Positions 51,185 to 63,400 of a stretch of DNA of 64,000 bases are shown piece after piece. A program made the position numbers and the translations under genes. The notes below the pieces were generated by a model, which had not been told where the DNA came from, ran no database searches, and worked only from the letters and a program-made list of their open reading frames with translations. The stretch comes from Verrucomicrobiota bacterium (GTDB taxonomy: Bacteria > Verrucomicrobiota > Verrucomicrobiia > Opitutales > Seribacteraceae). Location: positions 160,001 to 224,000 of the forward strand of contig JAQBYT010000001.1 in NCBI GenBank assembly GCA_027622665.1, given 5' to 3'. Each line of letters starts with the position of its first letter. Position 1 is the first letter of the stretch.

Positions 51185-51457
51185 ATGAAAATCGACTGGA
51201 GCAAGGAGCTGTGGCTAAGTCTTCTATTTATCTGTGTGGGGTTCACCATCTGGCCCTTGATGTGCTACTATGGGGGAAGAGCTCTAACGATTGAATACTT
51301 TCAGGACATGCACCTGAGAGACTGGGCGGAAAACCGAGTGTACGGTCCACTGGCGGACGGTGGATTAAGATCTATATCCAGATTGTTATTTTTACTCGGT
51401 CCTTATTTTGCGATGCTGGGATTGAGAATCCTACTCTATAAATTTAGCGAAAAGTAG
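51185..51457 (+). CDS. Small membrane protein (two TM segments)
   Basis: Two hydrophobic stretches; fills the gap between flanking genes; start uncertain (51176 or 51185). Confidence 0.55.
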   Translation: MKIDWSKELWLSLLFICVGFTIWPLMCYYGGRALTIEYFQDMHLRDWAENRVYGPLADGGLRSISRLLFLLGPYFAMLGLRILLYKFSEK

Positions 51458-51481
51458 GGCATGCAAAGTCTTACGAATACT

Positions 51482-53227
51482 CTAAAATCCTTCGGGAATC
51501 ATATTCTCTTGATGACGACAGAGATTCGCATAAGCACCCCCTTTTGCCAACAACTCGAAATGCGAGCCTTTTTCAATGATTGTTCCATGATCGAGAAAAA
51601 CAATCTGATCGGCATCGCGAACGGTGGAAAGGCGATGAGCGATGACCAATGTGGTCCTTCCCTTAACTAGATTGGAGAGTCCTTCCTGGATCTCTCTTTC
51701 AGTTACAACGTCCACACTGGAGGTCGCTTCGTCAAGAATGACTACTGGCGGATTCTTCAGGAGTACGCGAGCGATCGTTAAACGCTGCTTTTCGCCCATG
51801 CTTAGGCGTATCCCCCGTTCGCCAATCATTGTGTCGAGCTTGTCGGGTAGACTGTTCACGAAATTGAGAGCACAAGCCGCCGACAGGGCTTTTTCAAGAT
51901 CTTCCTCGGATGCATTTGGGCGAGCCAGTAATAGGTTTTCGCGAACGGAAGTATCGAAAAGGAAAGGGTCTTGGGACACAATACCTATATTCCCGCGCAA
52001 ATCCGCAAGGGCAAAGTCCTGCAAATTGACGCCACCTACGCTTACGAAACCTTCATCAACTTCGTAATATCGTAAAGTAAGGTTCGCAAGAGTGCTCTTT
52101 CCGCCGCCGGTGGGCCCCACGAGGGCGGTCACACTACCCGCAGGAACTTCTAAATTCAGCCTTTCGACCAGAGTTCCCCTTTCGGGATAAGAAAATCGGA
52201 CATTGTTAAAGAGGATCTCAACCGAACCCCGGGGAAAGGGCTTGGGCTCCTTGGGGTCGCGAATTGCAATCGGATGATCCAAGACTTCAAAAACGCGCTC
52301 CCCGGACGCCTTGCCTGCTGCGATTAAATTATTGATTCCGACAAGCTGTCGAACAGGTTCGTAGAACATGTTTGCATACAGCAAAAACGCAAAAAATTCG
52401 CCCTTGGTAAAACTAGGATCAGTCTGAAGAAGATAGGCTCCCATGCCGACCACGGCGACGATGCCAAGGGAAGAAGTGAAGTTCGCGGCGGGACCCTGTA
52501 TCGACCAGCGAAACATGGCTCGAAGATTTCGTCGTTCCAATTCTTTGCTAATCTCAAGGAAGCGAGCTTGCTCCCGTTGTCGCAAGGCGAATCCGTGAAT
52601 AAGACGATTGCCTTGGATGTCCTCCAACAACAGGGAGTTCAATTGCCCGGATGTTTCGCGGACCGCCTTCCAATTTCGGCGAGAAACCTTTGCGTACTTC
52701 CAAGCCATCACGAACAGCACGGGCAATGGGAGAAAAACAAAGGCCGCCAAAGTGGGCTCATGGACAAACATTACCGCGCCCACTCCCACAATAGTCAGAA
52801 TGGCAACTGAACCTTGCTCTGTACCATCGAGTATGGCTCTTTCCACATTTTGCACGTCCTCGACCACTCTCGAGGAAATGTCTCCACTCTTTCGGCGGTC
52901 ATAAAAAGCTATGGGAAGTTCCAGAAGTTTGTCGTGTAAATCCCGCCGCAAATCGAGAATGACTTTCTGCTCCAATGTATTGTTGATGCGAATGCGAATA
53001 CAATTAAAGATTTCGCGGACGAAATAGAGCCCCGCAATGACTCCCGTGCCTTGGAGCAGCAATTTGACTTCATGCACACCGTGTTCAAACATTTGGTCAA
53101 GTACCTGCTGAATCACCCATGGCACCGCTACGGCAAGAGCAGTCATGGCACCAGCCATGAGAAGAGTGGAGACGAAAAGACCCTTGTAGCGGAACAGATA
53201 CCCCGCAACTCGACTAATTATGTTCAT
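51482..53227 (-). CDS. ABC exporter, fused permease/ATP-binding protein
   Basis: N-terminal TM domain; GPTGGGKST, SQDPFLF, LSMGEKQR, ILDEATSSVD, IAHRLST. Confidence 0.95.
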   Translation of the reverse strand: MNIISRVAGYLFRYKGLFVSTLLMAGAMTALAVAVPWVIQQVLDQMFEHGVHEVKLLLQGTGVIAGLYFVREIFNCIRIRINNTLEQKVILDLRRDLHDKLLELPIAFYDRRKSGDISSRVVEDVQNVERAILDGTEQGSVAILTIVGVGAVMFVHEPTLAAFVFLPLPVLFVMAWKYAKVSRRNWKAVRETSGQLNSLLLEDIQGNRLIHGFALRQREQARFLEISKELERRNLRAMFRWSIQGPAANFTSSLGIVAVVGMGAYLLQTDPSFTKGEFFAFLLYANMFYEPVRQLVGINNLIAAGKASGERVFEVLDHPIAIRDPKEPKPFPRGSVEILFNNVRFSYPERGTLVERLNLEVPAGSVTALVGPTGGGKSTLANLTLRYYEVDEGFVSVGGVNLQDFALADLRGNIGIVSQDPFLFDTSVRENLLLARPNASEEDLEKALSAACALNFVNSLPDKLDTMIGERGIRLSMGEKQRLTIARVLLKNPPVVILDEATSSVDVVTEREIQEGLSNLVKGRTTLVIAHRLSTVRDADQIVFLDHGTIIEKGSHFELLAKGGAYANLCRHQENMIPEGF

Positions 53228-53305
53228 CGCTTTGGCGTTGCCCGGATAATGCAGTTGGAGATATGCATCAAACTTTAAAAGCGATTATTGAAAGGCGTGG
53301 CAAAC

Positions 53306-53761
53306 ATGGAAGAACATCAATATGAACAAGGTCCGACCGGCGCAATCCTTCGGGACTTGCCCTCTCCATACGAAGCACATCCATGTGGACTGTTGCATCT
53401 ACCGCGCTTCCTTGCGAAAATTCGCAAGCACCTTGCGGGAGAATTACCTAAAAGTTACCAGCGGAACTTCACTAAGGGATTCGATGGTTTTCTATGCCTG
53501 CACTTGGGCATAGAACCGCAGGAAGTGATTGATATCGTAAGAGATGGTCTCAGCGAAAAAGACATTTGCCTCCGATTCGAAGAATTGCTGCCAAATGACC
53601 TGCAAGCTCACAAGTGGAACCGCAAAGTCGTGCAGATGGGCATGAGTTCCATAGCAAAAGAGAAGCTGGAAGAGGTTAAAGTCGACATGGGAGCGGCAGA
53701 CCGCAAGGACCTGATCTCTTTCGCAGATGTGATCGAATACGACGAAGGCAGGATAGACTAG
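53306..53761 (+). CDS. DUF5069-like protein
   Basis: LPSPY...LLHLPRFLAKIR...GELP..Y...GFDG.LC.HLGI...IEYDEGR; family typical of Verrucomicrobia. Confidence 0.7.
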   Translation: MEEHQYEQGPTGAILRDLPSPYEAHPCGLLHLPRFLAKIRKHLAGELPKSYQRNFTKGFDGFLCLHLGIEPQEVIDIVRDGLSEKDICLRFEELLPNDLQAHKWNRKVVQMGMSSIAKEKLEEVKVDMGAADRKDLISFADVIEYDEGRID

Positions 53762-53774
53762 CCGCTAGCAAGAT

Positions 53775-55223
53775 TTAAAGTTTCCTAGCCGTAATGATGG
53801 TGACATCGTCACGATCATGGGACTCGTCCGCAAATTGCTCCAACTCGCCAAGCAGCTCCTCATTGAACGAATTGGCAGTTCCTCCTCCGAACTTCTCAAG
53901 TTTCGCAATGAGGCGGGCGAGAGAGTATTCCTCATTATGTTGGTTGGTGGTTTCCGTAACACCATCGGTAAAAAGCACAAGTGTATCGCCTTGCTCAAAA
54001 GAGCAGGTTTGCTCACTGACGATTTCCTCGAAAAGCTCGTTGGGAACCATTCCGATGGCCATTCCTTCTCCCCGCAAAGTTTCGACATTCGCCTCACTCC
54101 CCGCAGAGGCGCGAAGCAATAAACCCGGTTCATGCCCGGCCCGAGAATAGGTAAGGGTATTCTTGTCGGTATCGACAATGCCAAGAAAAAGCGTGATGAA
54201 CATATCGTGCCTCATTCGTTCATTCAGGTCCCGATTCAATTTCACCAATACTGCTGAAGGGGAATGAGCGCGCTTGACGAAATGACGCAGGTTAGTTTGG
54301 CAAATCGCCATGAGCAAGGAAGCGGGTACTCCTTTGCCAGATACGTCGGCGATCGCAATAGCGTATCGAGATCGACCGATTTTGTGAAAATCATAAAAGT
54401 CGCCTCCGACTTGAGCGGAAGGAATGTAGCGGGCGTCCACATCCAAATCCTTGGACGCAAGAAAGTTTTCCGTAAGAAAAAGAGCCTGGACGTTTCGAGC
54501 AAGAGACAGATCCATTTCGAGTCGATTTTTATCGATTCGGAGATTCATGACGTCCGAATTACGCACCGCCAGCGAGGCTTGTTCGGCAAGCGAATTGACA
54601 AGTGAGAAGTCGGTTTCCGAGAAGGAAAGACCACTTGCGGGGTTGACCACAACAAGTACGCCGATCAATTGATCATTGAACTGCATCGGAGAAAAAATAA
54701 TGGATCGCACCGCAAGAGCGGGATCGGCATGGCGGGGAACTCGTGGGTCGTTGGCGGCATCTTGAATGATAACCGGCTTGCCTGTACGGGCTACCTCTCC
54801 AACAACGCCCTCCCCAGATTCCAGAATTTCCGAACGTAGTATTTTCTCTAAGAAGCGGGCTCGGGTGGAGGTGGCTTCGTCATCAAGACGAATCTGTCGC
54901 CGTTGGGGAGGGAATAGCCCTTCTACGGCCGCACCTCGCAATTTTCCATGTTCTACACGCTCGTAAACGCAAGCACTCATGGCTCCGGTGCTTTTGACCG
55001 CAGTATGGGCAATTCTGCGAAACAGTTCGCCCCGTTCTACACCCTCGCCAATCGCGGCAACTAGGTTGTGCATGAAATTATCGACACTTTTCTTCTCTTG
55101 CTCGATGAGTTGTTTTTCCTCGTCGAGTTCAATATTCTCTCTCTTGGCTTTCGCCAAGAGAGGCCAAATGAAAGCGGCGGCAACCAGCACGCCGCACGCA
55201 AAAAGAAGGGCTTCAGTGAGCAT
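53775..55223 (-). CDS. GAF + SpoIIE/PP2C phosphatase (RsbU-like) with N-terminal TM segment
   Basis: VGGDFYD, IADVSGKGVPASLLMA, MFITL, AGHEP, LFTDGVTE, DDVT. Confidence 0.92.
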   Translation of the reverse strand: MLTEALLFACGVLVAAAFIWPLLAKAKRENIELDEEKQLIEQEKKSVDNFMHNLVAAIGEGVERGELFRRIAHTAVKSTGAMSACVYERVEHGKLRGAAVEGLFPPQRRQIRLDDEATSTRARFLEKILRSEILESGEGVVGEVARTGKPVIIQDAANDPRVPRHADPALAVRSIIFSPMQFNDQLIGVLVVVNPASGLSFSETDFSLVNSLAEQASLAVRNSDVMNLRIDKNRLEMDLSLARNVQALFLTENFLASKDLDVDARYIPSAQVGGDFYDFHKIGRSRYAIAIADVSGKGVPASLLMAICQTNLRHFVKRAHSPSAVLVKLNRDLNERMRHDMFITLFLGIVDTDKNTLTYSRAGHEPGLLLRASAGSEANVETLRGEGMAIGMVPNELFEEIVSEQTCSFEQGDTLVLFTDGVTETTNQHNEEYSLARLIAKLEKFGGGTANSFNEELLGELEQFADESHDRDDVTIITARKL

Positions 55224-55758
55224 TGCTTGCGGTTCGGGCAGAATCACCGTTCGCGCCCTCGTCCATTCGTTGCTCGAGAAAAGAAACTACGTCATGGAAT
55301 TTCCTCACATTGCTTTCGTTCAATTCCATCAATCGTTTGTGGGCTTCGCACACCTCGCGAGCGGAAATAGCTTCATCATCGGATCCGTTGCCGACAGCTT
55401 CAAGCTGATCGAGATCTGTAATTTCCATTTTGGCGCGTACGTGAGCGATACGATGTATACCAAGATTTTCCACAGTTTCGAGATTTCGTTTTCCAAGGCT
55501 CAGTAACGTCATTGAGCCTTCTTCTCCTTCGCGGCGAACAGCAAGCGCCACACCGACCAATATACCTAAGAAAGTACTATCCACACCCGAACAATCCGCG
55601 AAATCCAAAACGTAATTTCGATGTCCTTCCTCAATCATCCCACGCAGAAAGCGACGAAAGGGATCACAATTCAAATAAGATGCTCGTCCGGTGACCTTGA
55701 CGAAGGCATAGCCTGTATGGGTGCAGACCTGGTACACTGGCTTTCTTTCTTCGCCCAT
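55213..55758 (-). CDS. STAS-domain anti-sigma factor antagonist
   Basis: VLDFADCSGVDSTFLGIL with phosphorylatable Ser; overlaps the phosphatase start. Confidence 0.88.
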   Translation of the reverse strand: MGEERKPVYQVCTHTGYAFVKVTGRASYLNCDPFRRFLRGMIEEGHRNYVLDFADCSGVDSTFLGILVGVALAVRREGEEGSMTLLSLGKRNLETVENLGIHRIAHVRAKMEITDLDQLEAVGNGSDDEAISAREVCEAHKRLMELNESNVRKFHDVVSFLEQRMDEGANGDSARTASNAH

Positions 55759-55781
55759 TTTGCAAAACCAGTCTCTCGTAT

Positions 55782-58493
55782 TTATCTTGATTCGCTTATA
55801 AGCTTACGGAGGACAAATGGCAATATACCGCCATGTCGGTAGTATTGCACTTCAATTCCGGTATCCACCCTAACGCGAACTTTTACACTGGATTCAGCGC
55901 CATCGGATTTACGAATCACTAAGTCGAATTCTGCCCCGGGGACCAAATCATCTCCAAGTTTAGGAAGAGAAAAGGTTTCGGTTCCGTCAATGCCAAGAGT
56001 TTCCGCATCCTCGCCACCTGTAAATTCCAAAGGAAGAACACCCATCCCAATGAGATTGCTCCGATGAATACGCTCAAAGCTCTTGGCAACGACTGCCTTT
56101 ACGCCGAGCAAAGCAGTACCTTTTGCAGCCCAATCACGGGAGCTACCCATTCCATAGTCGCTTCCCCCAAACACAATGAGCGATTCACCTCTTTCCTTGT
56201 AGAGTTGCGACGCATCGTGAATGGGGAGGATCTCGCCATCGGGTTGTAATTTCGTATATCCACCTTCCTTGCCATCTGCCATTAGATTCTTGATGCGGAC
56301 ATTGGCAAAAGTACCTCGAGTCATAATCCGATCATTGCCTCGCCGAGACCCGAAAGAGTTGAAATCACTCTGGTTCACTCCCTTTTCCTGCAAGAATTTA
56401 CTTGCGGGACCGTCCAAAGGGATGGCCCCAGCCGGGGAAATATGGTCGGTGGTTACCGAATCACCGAGCAAAGCAAGCGTCCTCATGTCGGCAAGAGGTT
56501 CGATGGGTGAAATTTCGAGGCCGAATGACTCGAAAAAAGGTGGGTTCTGAATGTAAGTACTTTTTTCATCCCACGCAAATAAGGATCCCGACGGAGCTTT
56601 AATTTCGTTCCATTCGGGATTGGCCTCGTCAATAGAACCATATCGCTCCGTAAACATGGTTGGCTTGAGTCCCTCAGTGACACAGGCATCGACTTCCTCT
56701 CTGGAGGGCCACAGATCGCGAAGATATACAGGATTACCGCTCGAATCCGATCCCAAGGAATCTTCATCGAGGTTCACATCCACCGTTCCCGCCAATGCGT
56801 ACGCGACAACCAATGGCGGGGACATAAGAAAGTTTGCTTTAATCGCACTATGGACTCGAGCCTCAAAGTTTCGATTACCGGAAAGTACACTTGCCGCAAC
56901 CAGATTGCCTTGATCAATTGCAGATTTAATTTCGGGTGCGAGGGGTCCACTGTTGCCGATGCAAGTGGTGCATCCATAACCCACTAGATGAAAACCTAGC
57001 TCGTCAAGGTATCGCTGTAATCCCGTTTCGACCAAGTAGTCCGTCACCACACGGGACCCCGGAGCCAAACTAGTCTTAACCGAAGACTTCACTTTAAGGC
57101 CGCGCTCAACGGCCTTCTTTGCGAGCAACCCAGCGGCTATCATTACACTTGGATTACTAGTATTTGTACAACTCGTGATCGCGGCAATCAAAACAGAACC
57201 ATGACCAATTTCATGCCTCGACCCATTACCTCCGACCAGAACCGTATCCTTGAGATTGTCCAAAGACACGCCGAAGCCATCTTCAGCTAGAGGCCCTTTC
57301 AAAAGGGAATGAAAGCTATCTTTAAGCGAATGTACATCGATACGGTCTTGAGGCCGTTTAGGACCAGCAACGGATGGAGAAATCGACGCTAGATCCAAAT
57401 CAAGATTTTTAGAATACAAGAGCTCGTCCGCTTTGGGTATACCAAATAGCCCTTGTGCCTGAAGATAGGATTTCACAAGGTCGATCTCGTCCTCCGTACG
57501 CCCCGTAATACGAAGATAATCGAGCGTTGCATCATCGACAGGGAAAAAACCCATCGTAGCCCCATACTCAGGTGCCATGTTCGCAATGGTTGCACGATCT
57601 GCAAGCGAAAGCGCCTCAGCTCCGTTGCCGTAGAATTCGACAAATTTCCCGACGACTTTCTCTGCCCGAAGCATTTGAGTAATCCGTAAAGTCAAATCGG
57701 TTGCGGTAACTCCATCACGCAACGATCCTTCGAGATTTACGCCTATCACCTCGGGTGTCTGGAAATAAACGGGCTGTCCCAACATTCCCGCTTCCGCCTC
57801 AATGCCTCCGACGCCCCATCCCACAACTCCCAGAGCATTGATCATTGTGGTGTGGGAATCTGTCCCGACCAAGGAATCAGGATACAGCAGACGTTGACCG
57901 TCCACTTGTTTATCGAAGACAACCTTAGCAAGATATTCGAGATTTACTTGGTGAACAATACCTATGGCAGGTGGAACTACGGTGAAAGTTTCAAAGGCTT
58001 GCCGTCCCCACTTGAGAAATTCATACCGCTCGCGATTTCGTTGGAATTCCAGCTGAATATTACGACTAAAGGAATCGGCAGTTCCCGATTTATCGACCTG
58101 AATCGAATGATCGACAACTAGGTCTACGGGAACCAGAGGTTCTATCAGCGCAGGATCAGAACCAAGTTTTGCCACGGCATCTCTCATTGCGGCAAGATCG
58201 ACAAGAAGAGGAACTCCCGTAAAATCCTGAAGAAGGATACGCGATACCACAAAGGGAATTTCACGATCGGACGGTTCCGAAGCGTTCCAGTTCGCCAAAG
58301 CTCGAACATCTTCTTGGGTGACAGTCTCGCCATCGCAATTTCTCAGTAGGGATTCCAACACCACCCGAATACTAATAGGAAGTCGACTTACGACTCCCAC
58401 GCCGAGTTCCTCTAAAGCCGGGAGAGAATAATAACTACCTACACCTTCCTGCAGGCTTAGTGTTCTCAATATTCCAAAGGCATCTTGAATCAT
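55782..58493 (-). CDS. acnA: Aconitate hydratase A
   Basis: [65 protein letters not shown]. Confidence 0.98.
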   Translation of the reverse strand: MIQDAFGILRTLSLQEGVGSYYSLPALEELGVGVVSRLPISIRVVLESLLRNCDGETVTQEDVRALANWNASEPSDREIPFVVSRILLQDFTGVPLLVDLAAMRDAVAKLGSDPALIEPLVPVDLVVDHSIQVDKSGTADSFSRNIQLEFQRNRERYEFLKWGRQAFETFTVVPPAIGIVHQVNLEYLAKVVFDKQVDGQRLLYPDSLVGTDSHTTMINALGVVGWGVGGIEAEAGMLGQPVYFQTPEVIGVNLEGSLRDGVTATDLTLRITQMLRAEKVVGKFVEFYGNGAEALSLADRATIANMAPEYGATMGFFPVDDATLDYLRITGRTEDEIDLVKSYLQAQGLFGIPKADELLYSKNLDLDLASISPSVAGPKRPQDRIDVHSLKDSFHSLLKGPLAEDGFGVSLDNLKDTVLVGGNGSRHEIGHGSVLIAAITSCTNTSNPSVMIAAGLLAKKAVERGLKVKSSVKTSLAPGSRVVTDYLVETGLQRYLDELGFHLVGYGCTTCIGNSGPLAPEIKSAIDQGNLVAASVLSGNRNFEARVHSAIKANFLMSPPLVVAYALAGTVDVNLDEDSLGSDSSGNPVYLRDLWPSREEVDACVTEGLKPTMFTERYGSIDEANPEWNEIKAPSGSLFAWDEKSTYIQNPPFFESFGLEISPIEPLADMRTLALLGDSVTTDHISPAGAIPLDGPASKFLQEKGVNQSDFNSFGSRRGNDRIMTRGTFANVRIKNLMADGKEGGYTKLQPDGEILPIHDASQLYKERGESLIVFGGSDYGMGSSRDWAAKGTALLGVKAVVAKSFERIHRSNLIGMGVLPLEFTGGEDAETLGIDGTETFSLPKLGDDLVPGAEFDLVIRKSDGAESSVKVRVRVDTGIEVQYYRHGGILPFVLRKLISESR

Positions 58494-58541
58494 ATGTTTG
58501 CGAAAGTTACGATTGTAGAGAAAGTCATCGTGCTGAATGCT

Positions 58542-59021
58542 TCAGCCAAGCTGTGACAAACAATCTTTAATAGCTTGAAATTCAGGCAGTTGCTTAGGGT
58601 CATCGGATGACCACGAATATGCGATCGCGCCACTCGTATTAACTATAAATGCAGAACGCTTGGAAACGCCTTTGAAGCCGATAAAGTCTTCATAAAGCAC
58701 ATCGTAAGCCTTCGAAACTTCCTTGTTGAAGTCACTCAACAATGGGAAATTAAGGCCTTCTTCATTAGCCATCGCCTCTTGGGCGAAAGGGCTATCGACA
58801 CTTATTCCATAAACGGATGCGTTAAGCTCACTAAAAGCCGACAAATCGTCCCGCACCGAACAAGCCTCCTCCATGCAAACGCCAGTGAAGGCGAATGGAA
58901 AAAACAAAAGTACCGAATTTTTGTGGCCATAATTACCGCTCAAAGCCACATCCAAGAGACCGTCAGAAGTTTTCGATTTGAGAGTGAAATCCGGAGCCGT
59001 TGAACCAACGCTTAAAGCCAT
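58542..59021 (-). CDS. Peroxiredoxin (AhpC/TSA family, AhpE/BCP-like)
   Basis: APDFTL, FFPFAFTGVC, GISVDSPF, FPLLSDFN, KRSAF. Confidence 0.9.
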   Translation of the reverse strand: MALSVGSTAPDFTLKSKTSDGLLDVALSGNYGHKNSVLLFFPFAFTGVCMEEACSVRDDLSAFSELNASVYGISVDSPFAQEAMANEEGLNFPLLSDFNKEVSKAYDVLYEDFIGFKGVSKRSAFIVNTSGAIAYSWSSDDPKQLPEFQAIKDCLSQLG

Positions 59022-59196
59022 GATAAATAGTGGTTAGATATTAGAGGATATTTTGTTAGACAAAATTAGGGCAAAAAGACTAGGTAGCAATCGGAGCATG
59101 GAAGGCAAGCGCAATGAGACTAATGATTATCGCTTTTCGTTTTTCTTTTGCACCGGAGGGTATCGAAGTACATTTAAAGACGAGTTTTCTAATGAA

Positions 59197-60378
59197 ATGA
59201 ACGCTATTGAAACATTACTAACTAACGCAGAAGTAATCATTGGCCAAGAGGAGCTCGAGAAACGAATTTCGGGAGGCAAGAGACTCAAGGTCAAGTTTGG
59301 CGTAGACCCAACCCGACCAGATCTAACGCTCGGGCACATGGTAGTCTTGGAAAAACTTCGGCAATTTCAAGAAATGGGACACGAGGCAATTTTATTGATC
59401 GGGGATTACACCGCCCAAATCGGAGACCCCAGCGGACGGTCGGTTCTTCGACCGGTTCTTACCGCCAACGAAGTAGAAACGAATGCAAAGACTTATTTAG
59501 AGCAAGCATTTCGAATCCTTGACAAATCCAATACCACCATTCGCCGAAACAGTGAATGGTTCAATGAAATGAGTTTCGGAGATTGCCTGAATTTAGCGAG
59601 AAACATGACTGTCGCTCAAATGCTAGAAAGAGATGATTTTGCTAAAAGACATACCGACCAGACACCTATTTCAATAGTGGAATTTCTGTACCCGCTTGTA
59701 CAAGGATATGACTCGGTAGTCCTTAAGGCGGATATTGAACTCGGCGGCAGCGATCAACTTTTTAACATGCTCGTGGGACGATCTTTGCAAAAAGACGCGG
59801 GTGAACCCGAGCAGGCTGTTTTAACCATGCCTCTTTTGATAGGTCTCGACGGTTCGCGCAAGATGTCAAAAAGCTATGACAACTACATTGCGTTCAACGA
59901 CAGTTCGAAAGACATGTTTGGAAAAGTCATGTCCATTCCAGATGAAGCGATGTGGGACTATTATCGCCTTCTTCTGCTAACTCCAGATTGCGATATAGAG
60001 AAACTGCGATCCGAGCATCCAATGGCAGTGAAAAAAAACCTCGCAAAGCAAATCACCGCGAAATTTCACGGCAAAGAAGTTGCAGACAAAGAAATCGCTC
60101 AGTTCGAAAAAGTATTCTCAAAAGGAGAAACGCCAGATGAAATGCCGATTTTCAATTGGACTACACTCTCGGCGGATTGTGAAGAGTGTACTTTGGTTGA
60201 CATAATTGCAGCTACAAATTTGTTCGAATCTAAAGGTGAAATTCGGCGACTAATTAAGCAAGGTGCAGTAAAAATAAACGAGCAGACACACACAAATGCC
60301 CAGCAAATGATTAAAAAACCTGATCCTGCTATAATTATGCGAGTTGGGAAAAGAAAGTATTTTCAAGTTTCTCCATAG
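59197..60378 (+). CDS. tyrS: Tyrosine--tRNA ligase
   Basis: KFGVDPTRPDLTLGH, IGDPSGR, EFLYPLVQGYDS, ELGGSDQLFN, KMSKS, C-terminal S4 domain; ATG 59197 preferred. Confidence 0.97.
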   Translation: MNAIETLLTNAEVIIGQEELEKRISGGKRLKVKFGVDPTRPDLTLGHMVVLEKLRQFQEMGHEAILLIGDYTAQIGDPSGRSVLRPVLTANEVETNAKTYLEQAFRILDKSNTTIRRNSEWFNEMSFGDCLNLARNMTVAQMLERDDFAKRHTDQTPISIVEFLYPLVQGYDSVVLKADIELGGSDQLFNMLVGRSLQKDAGEPEQAVLTMPLLIGLDGSRKMSKSYDNYIAFNDSSKDMFGKVMSIPDEAMWDYYRLLLLTPDCDIEKLRSEHPMAVKKNLAKQITAKFHGKEVADKEIAQFEKVFSKGETPDEMPIFNWTTLSADCEECTLVDIIAATNLFESKGEIRRLIKQGAVKINEQTHTNAQQMIKKPDPAIIMRVGKRKYFQVSP

Positions 60379-60443
60379 CCAAGAAATGAAAGAGGGCAAG
60401 AGGGTTAAATGGTAAATTAGTTAATTAATAAAACCAATACTAA

Positions 60444-63400
60444 TTAGTTTCCAATATTCAATTTATTGTTTTTAGGTGTAATTGATTTAAGATCAGCTGA
60501 ATTAACATTATTTAAATCCTGACAATCTTTAAGTAAAACCTCTACGGCTTTTGATAGTTGTTGATCAATTTTATTAGGAATTTCTCCTGGTTGGGGCCAA
60601 ATCTCAATGTCAGGTACAGCGCCATTTCCTTCCATATCTCGACCGTCATCTAATTTATACCACCCTCGAAAAGGTATAGACATTTTCCCAATATCCAAGA
60701 ACTTTTCGTCCGTGTAAACCGAGATAACACTTCCAGCCGTACGAACTCCAATTAGCTTGCCTCTTTTAGTAGCTTTAATCGCGTGACAGAATATTTCACC
60801 ATTACTAGCTGTGTTTTGGTTGCAAAGAACCACGATCGGTTTGTCCCAGTAAAAGTGATCAAGATAACCTAGCGGATAACTTCTCTTTCCGCCTCTTGGT
60901 ATTGTAAAGGCGTGTAAAGGACGGGAAAGCATTTTTAACATTCGGTCAGCAGTAAAACCTCCCGTATTGTTTCTGACATCGATAACCAATCCCTCCTTCC
61001 GGTAACCAAGAGAGAACAATTCCTCTTCAAATTGAAATAAATCATCCCAATTCATTCGGTTTACATGTAGATAACCAAGTTTGCCATTACTCTCTTCGTG
61101 TACGATACGTTGATTATTAGAGATCCAAGATTCCTTTAACAGTTCTCTCGCTTTTGTAAAAGAAATCGGTTCCAAATGCACAAGCCTAACATTACCTAAA
61201 GGGTCTTTAACTTTAAGATCAGTCACTTCATTCAACCGTCGATTAAAGGCATGTCGTTTTGCAAGAGGTGAATCTAAACTTAATCCATCAATCGAAAGAA
61301 TAACTTCATCCTCATAAATCATAGAATCAGGTTTACGTGCGGGTCCGTCATGCAAGACAGTTTTAACCTTTAGTCCCAAACCTTCAAATGACTTATCAAA
61401 AATCATTCCCAGATGAACTGTCTCCCTACGCCAACCATGGTCGGGTTTCCATTGTGGCCAAATTTTGTCGTTAAGCTCAAAAAACAAATGGGAAGCATTT
61501 AATTCTCCTATTAGCAGATTTACCAAACGGCCAAAACCATCTCGATCAATGCTCGCGGTAATATGGTTTTCGTACTTTTTCAGCAGTTCGTCCCAGTCTT
61601 TACCATTCATTTCTTTATCATAGAAAAAGTCTCGGAGCTTACGCCAAATCATGCGATAACCTAAGCGAAGGTATTGTTCTCGATCCGTATCCTGATATGC
61701 CTTGAAAGTGTATTTCGTAAGAACAGAACCTTTAGTCTTTGAAGGGAGATTATCGACTAACCAGTGAATTTCGTTGCTTTCCCAGTAGGGGTCCAACCCG
61801 ATCGTCTTCGTTAGTAGTTTTGGAGCAGTCAGTTCGTTGGGGAATTTGATGGTGTAAATTCCTCGTACACCTCCAATGTCGCTAGTAAAAGCTAACGTGC
61901 TTGAATCACCATGCCAAAAAGGATTACTCTCCTTTGATCCGGATAAGTTAACTCGACGGATACGATCGTGCAAATTCTCGAAGTCAATTACTACTCGAGG
62001 CAGAACTTTAGGTGTAGACGCTTTAACAATTGGAGGTAGGGGAAGGTCTTCGTCCTTTTTGTTTTGGATGGATATCGAAGCGATGGTACGCGAGGAAAGA
62101 AGTTTTTTCTTTGCTTCCTCCAATTTAGAGAGGCGATCGCTTTTTCCCTCATCGTCAGGAATAAGGTAAACATAATGTAAATCAAACTCGTCATTTCGAC
62201 CTCGTCTACCGACAAAGGATATAAGGCGACCATCAGCAGACCACCTCGGTGATCCGTCCCACTTCGGATGACGAGAGAGATTGAAAGGGGTTTCTTCCCC
62301 ATTAACGGCAACAACCCAAACATCCCAGTTGTCCTCGCTGTCTTTAGACTGTACAGTCAACCAACGACCGTCGGGAGACCAATCATAATCAGGGAAAACT
62401 GTAGATCGCAGAAGTAATCTAGGAGAATATTTGTCAGTAGAAGTTACAACTATGTCACCTGTATCTCGACAAAATGCTAAAGTTTTCCCATCAGGACTTA
62501 AAGATAATCGGTTTTTATTCGTTCGGTCTTTGTGTGAAGAAAATTGACTCAGTGTGAATTTATCATTCTCAAACCAAAATTTATTTTTATTTTTTCTGAC
62601 TGCCTTCCAAATCTCAGTACGATCTCCAAAGTCACGAAGGAACCAAATCTCTTCATTTTCAGGGCCGAACACAACTTCGGTTTCGTGTGATCTTGTTTCT
62701 CCACAGACAAGTCTGGGTTCACGCAAAACAGTATCCATAACCCATACATCTCCACCAGCAGTAAAGGCGACTTCTAAAAAATCATCAGTCCAGTCAATAC
62801 CTTGACGAGCATCGTTATTCCATGCGGCATCGTACCATCTACGCCTTGAGGGAGAAAGTAATCCGTCCTGCCTTCGCCATAAATTAACTTTTGATGGTTC
62901 TTTTCTGCTATTTGGATAGTACTTGTAGAAGTCGAACCCTTTTCTAAATATAATCGTCCCACCATCTCTAGAAATAGACGGCATAATAACTGAGTCAGCT
63001 TTGAAAAATGTTAGTTGATTTGCGCTTGATGTCGAAAAATCTTTTTCCCAAAGATTAAAAGTGCCATTTTTATCACAAACAAAATAAAATCCTAATCCGT
63101 TAGGTTTCCAAAGTGGAGATCTACATCCGTAATTTTCGACACAAATTTGCTTAAAGTCTTTCTTGTCGCTATCATGAAGCCATATCTGTGAAGATTTAGA
63201 TCCTCGATATCCCTTTCGGTAGAGCATGTTTCCTCCCTCGCGAGTAAAAAGCGTTTTAGTCGAATCAGGCGACATAGTGCCATGCCGGGCATAGGCATCA
63301 AAAAGAATTTCATCAACGGCTGATCCATTAATATCGACACGGAGCAAGCGAGTGGAATCAAAACCTAAATAATCCCTACGAACTGTAGTTAGAATGGCAG

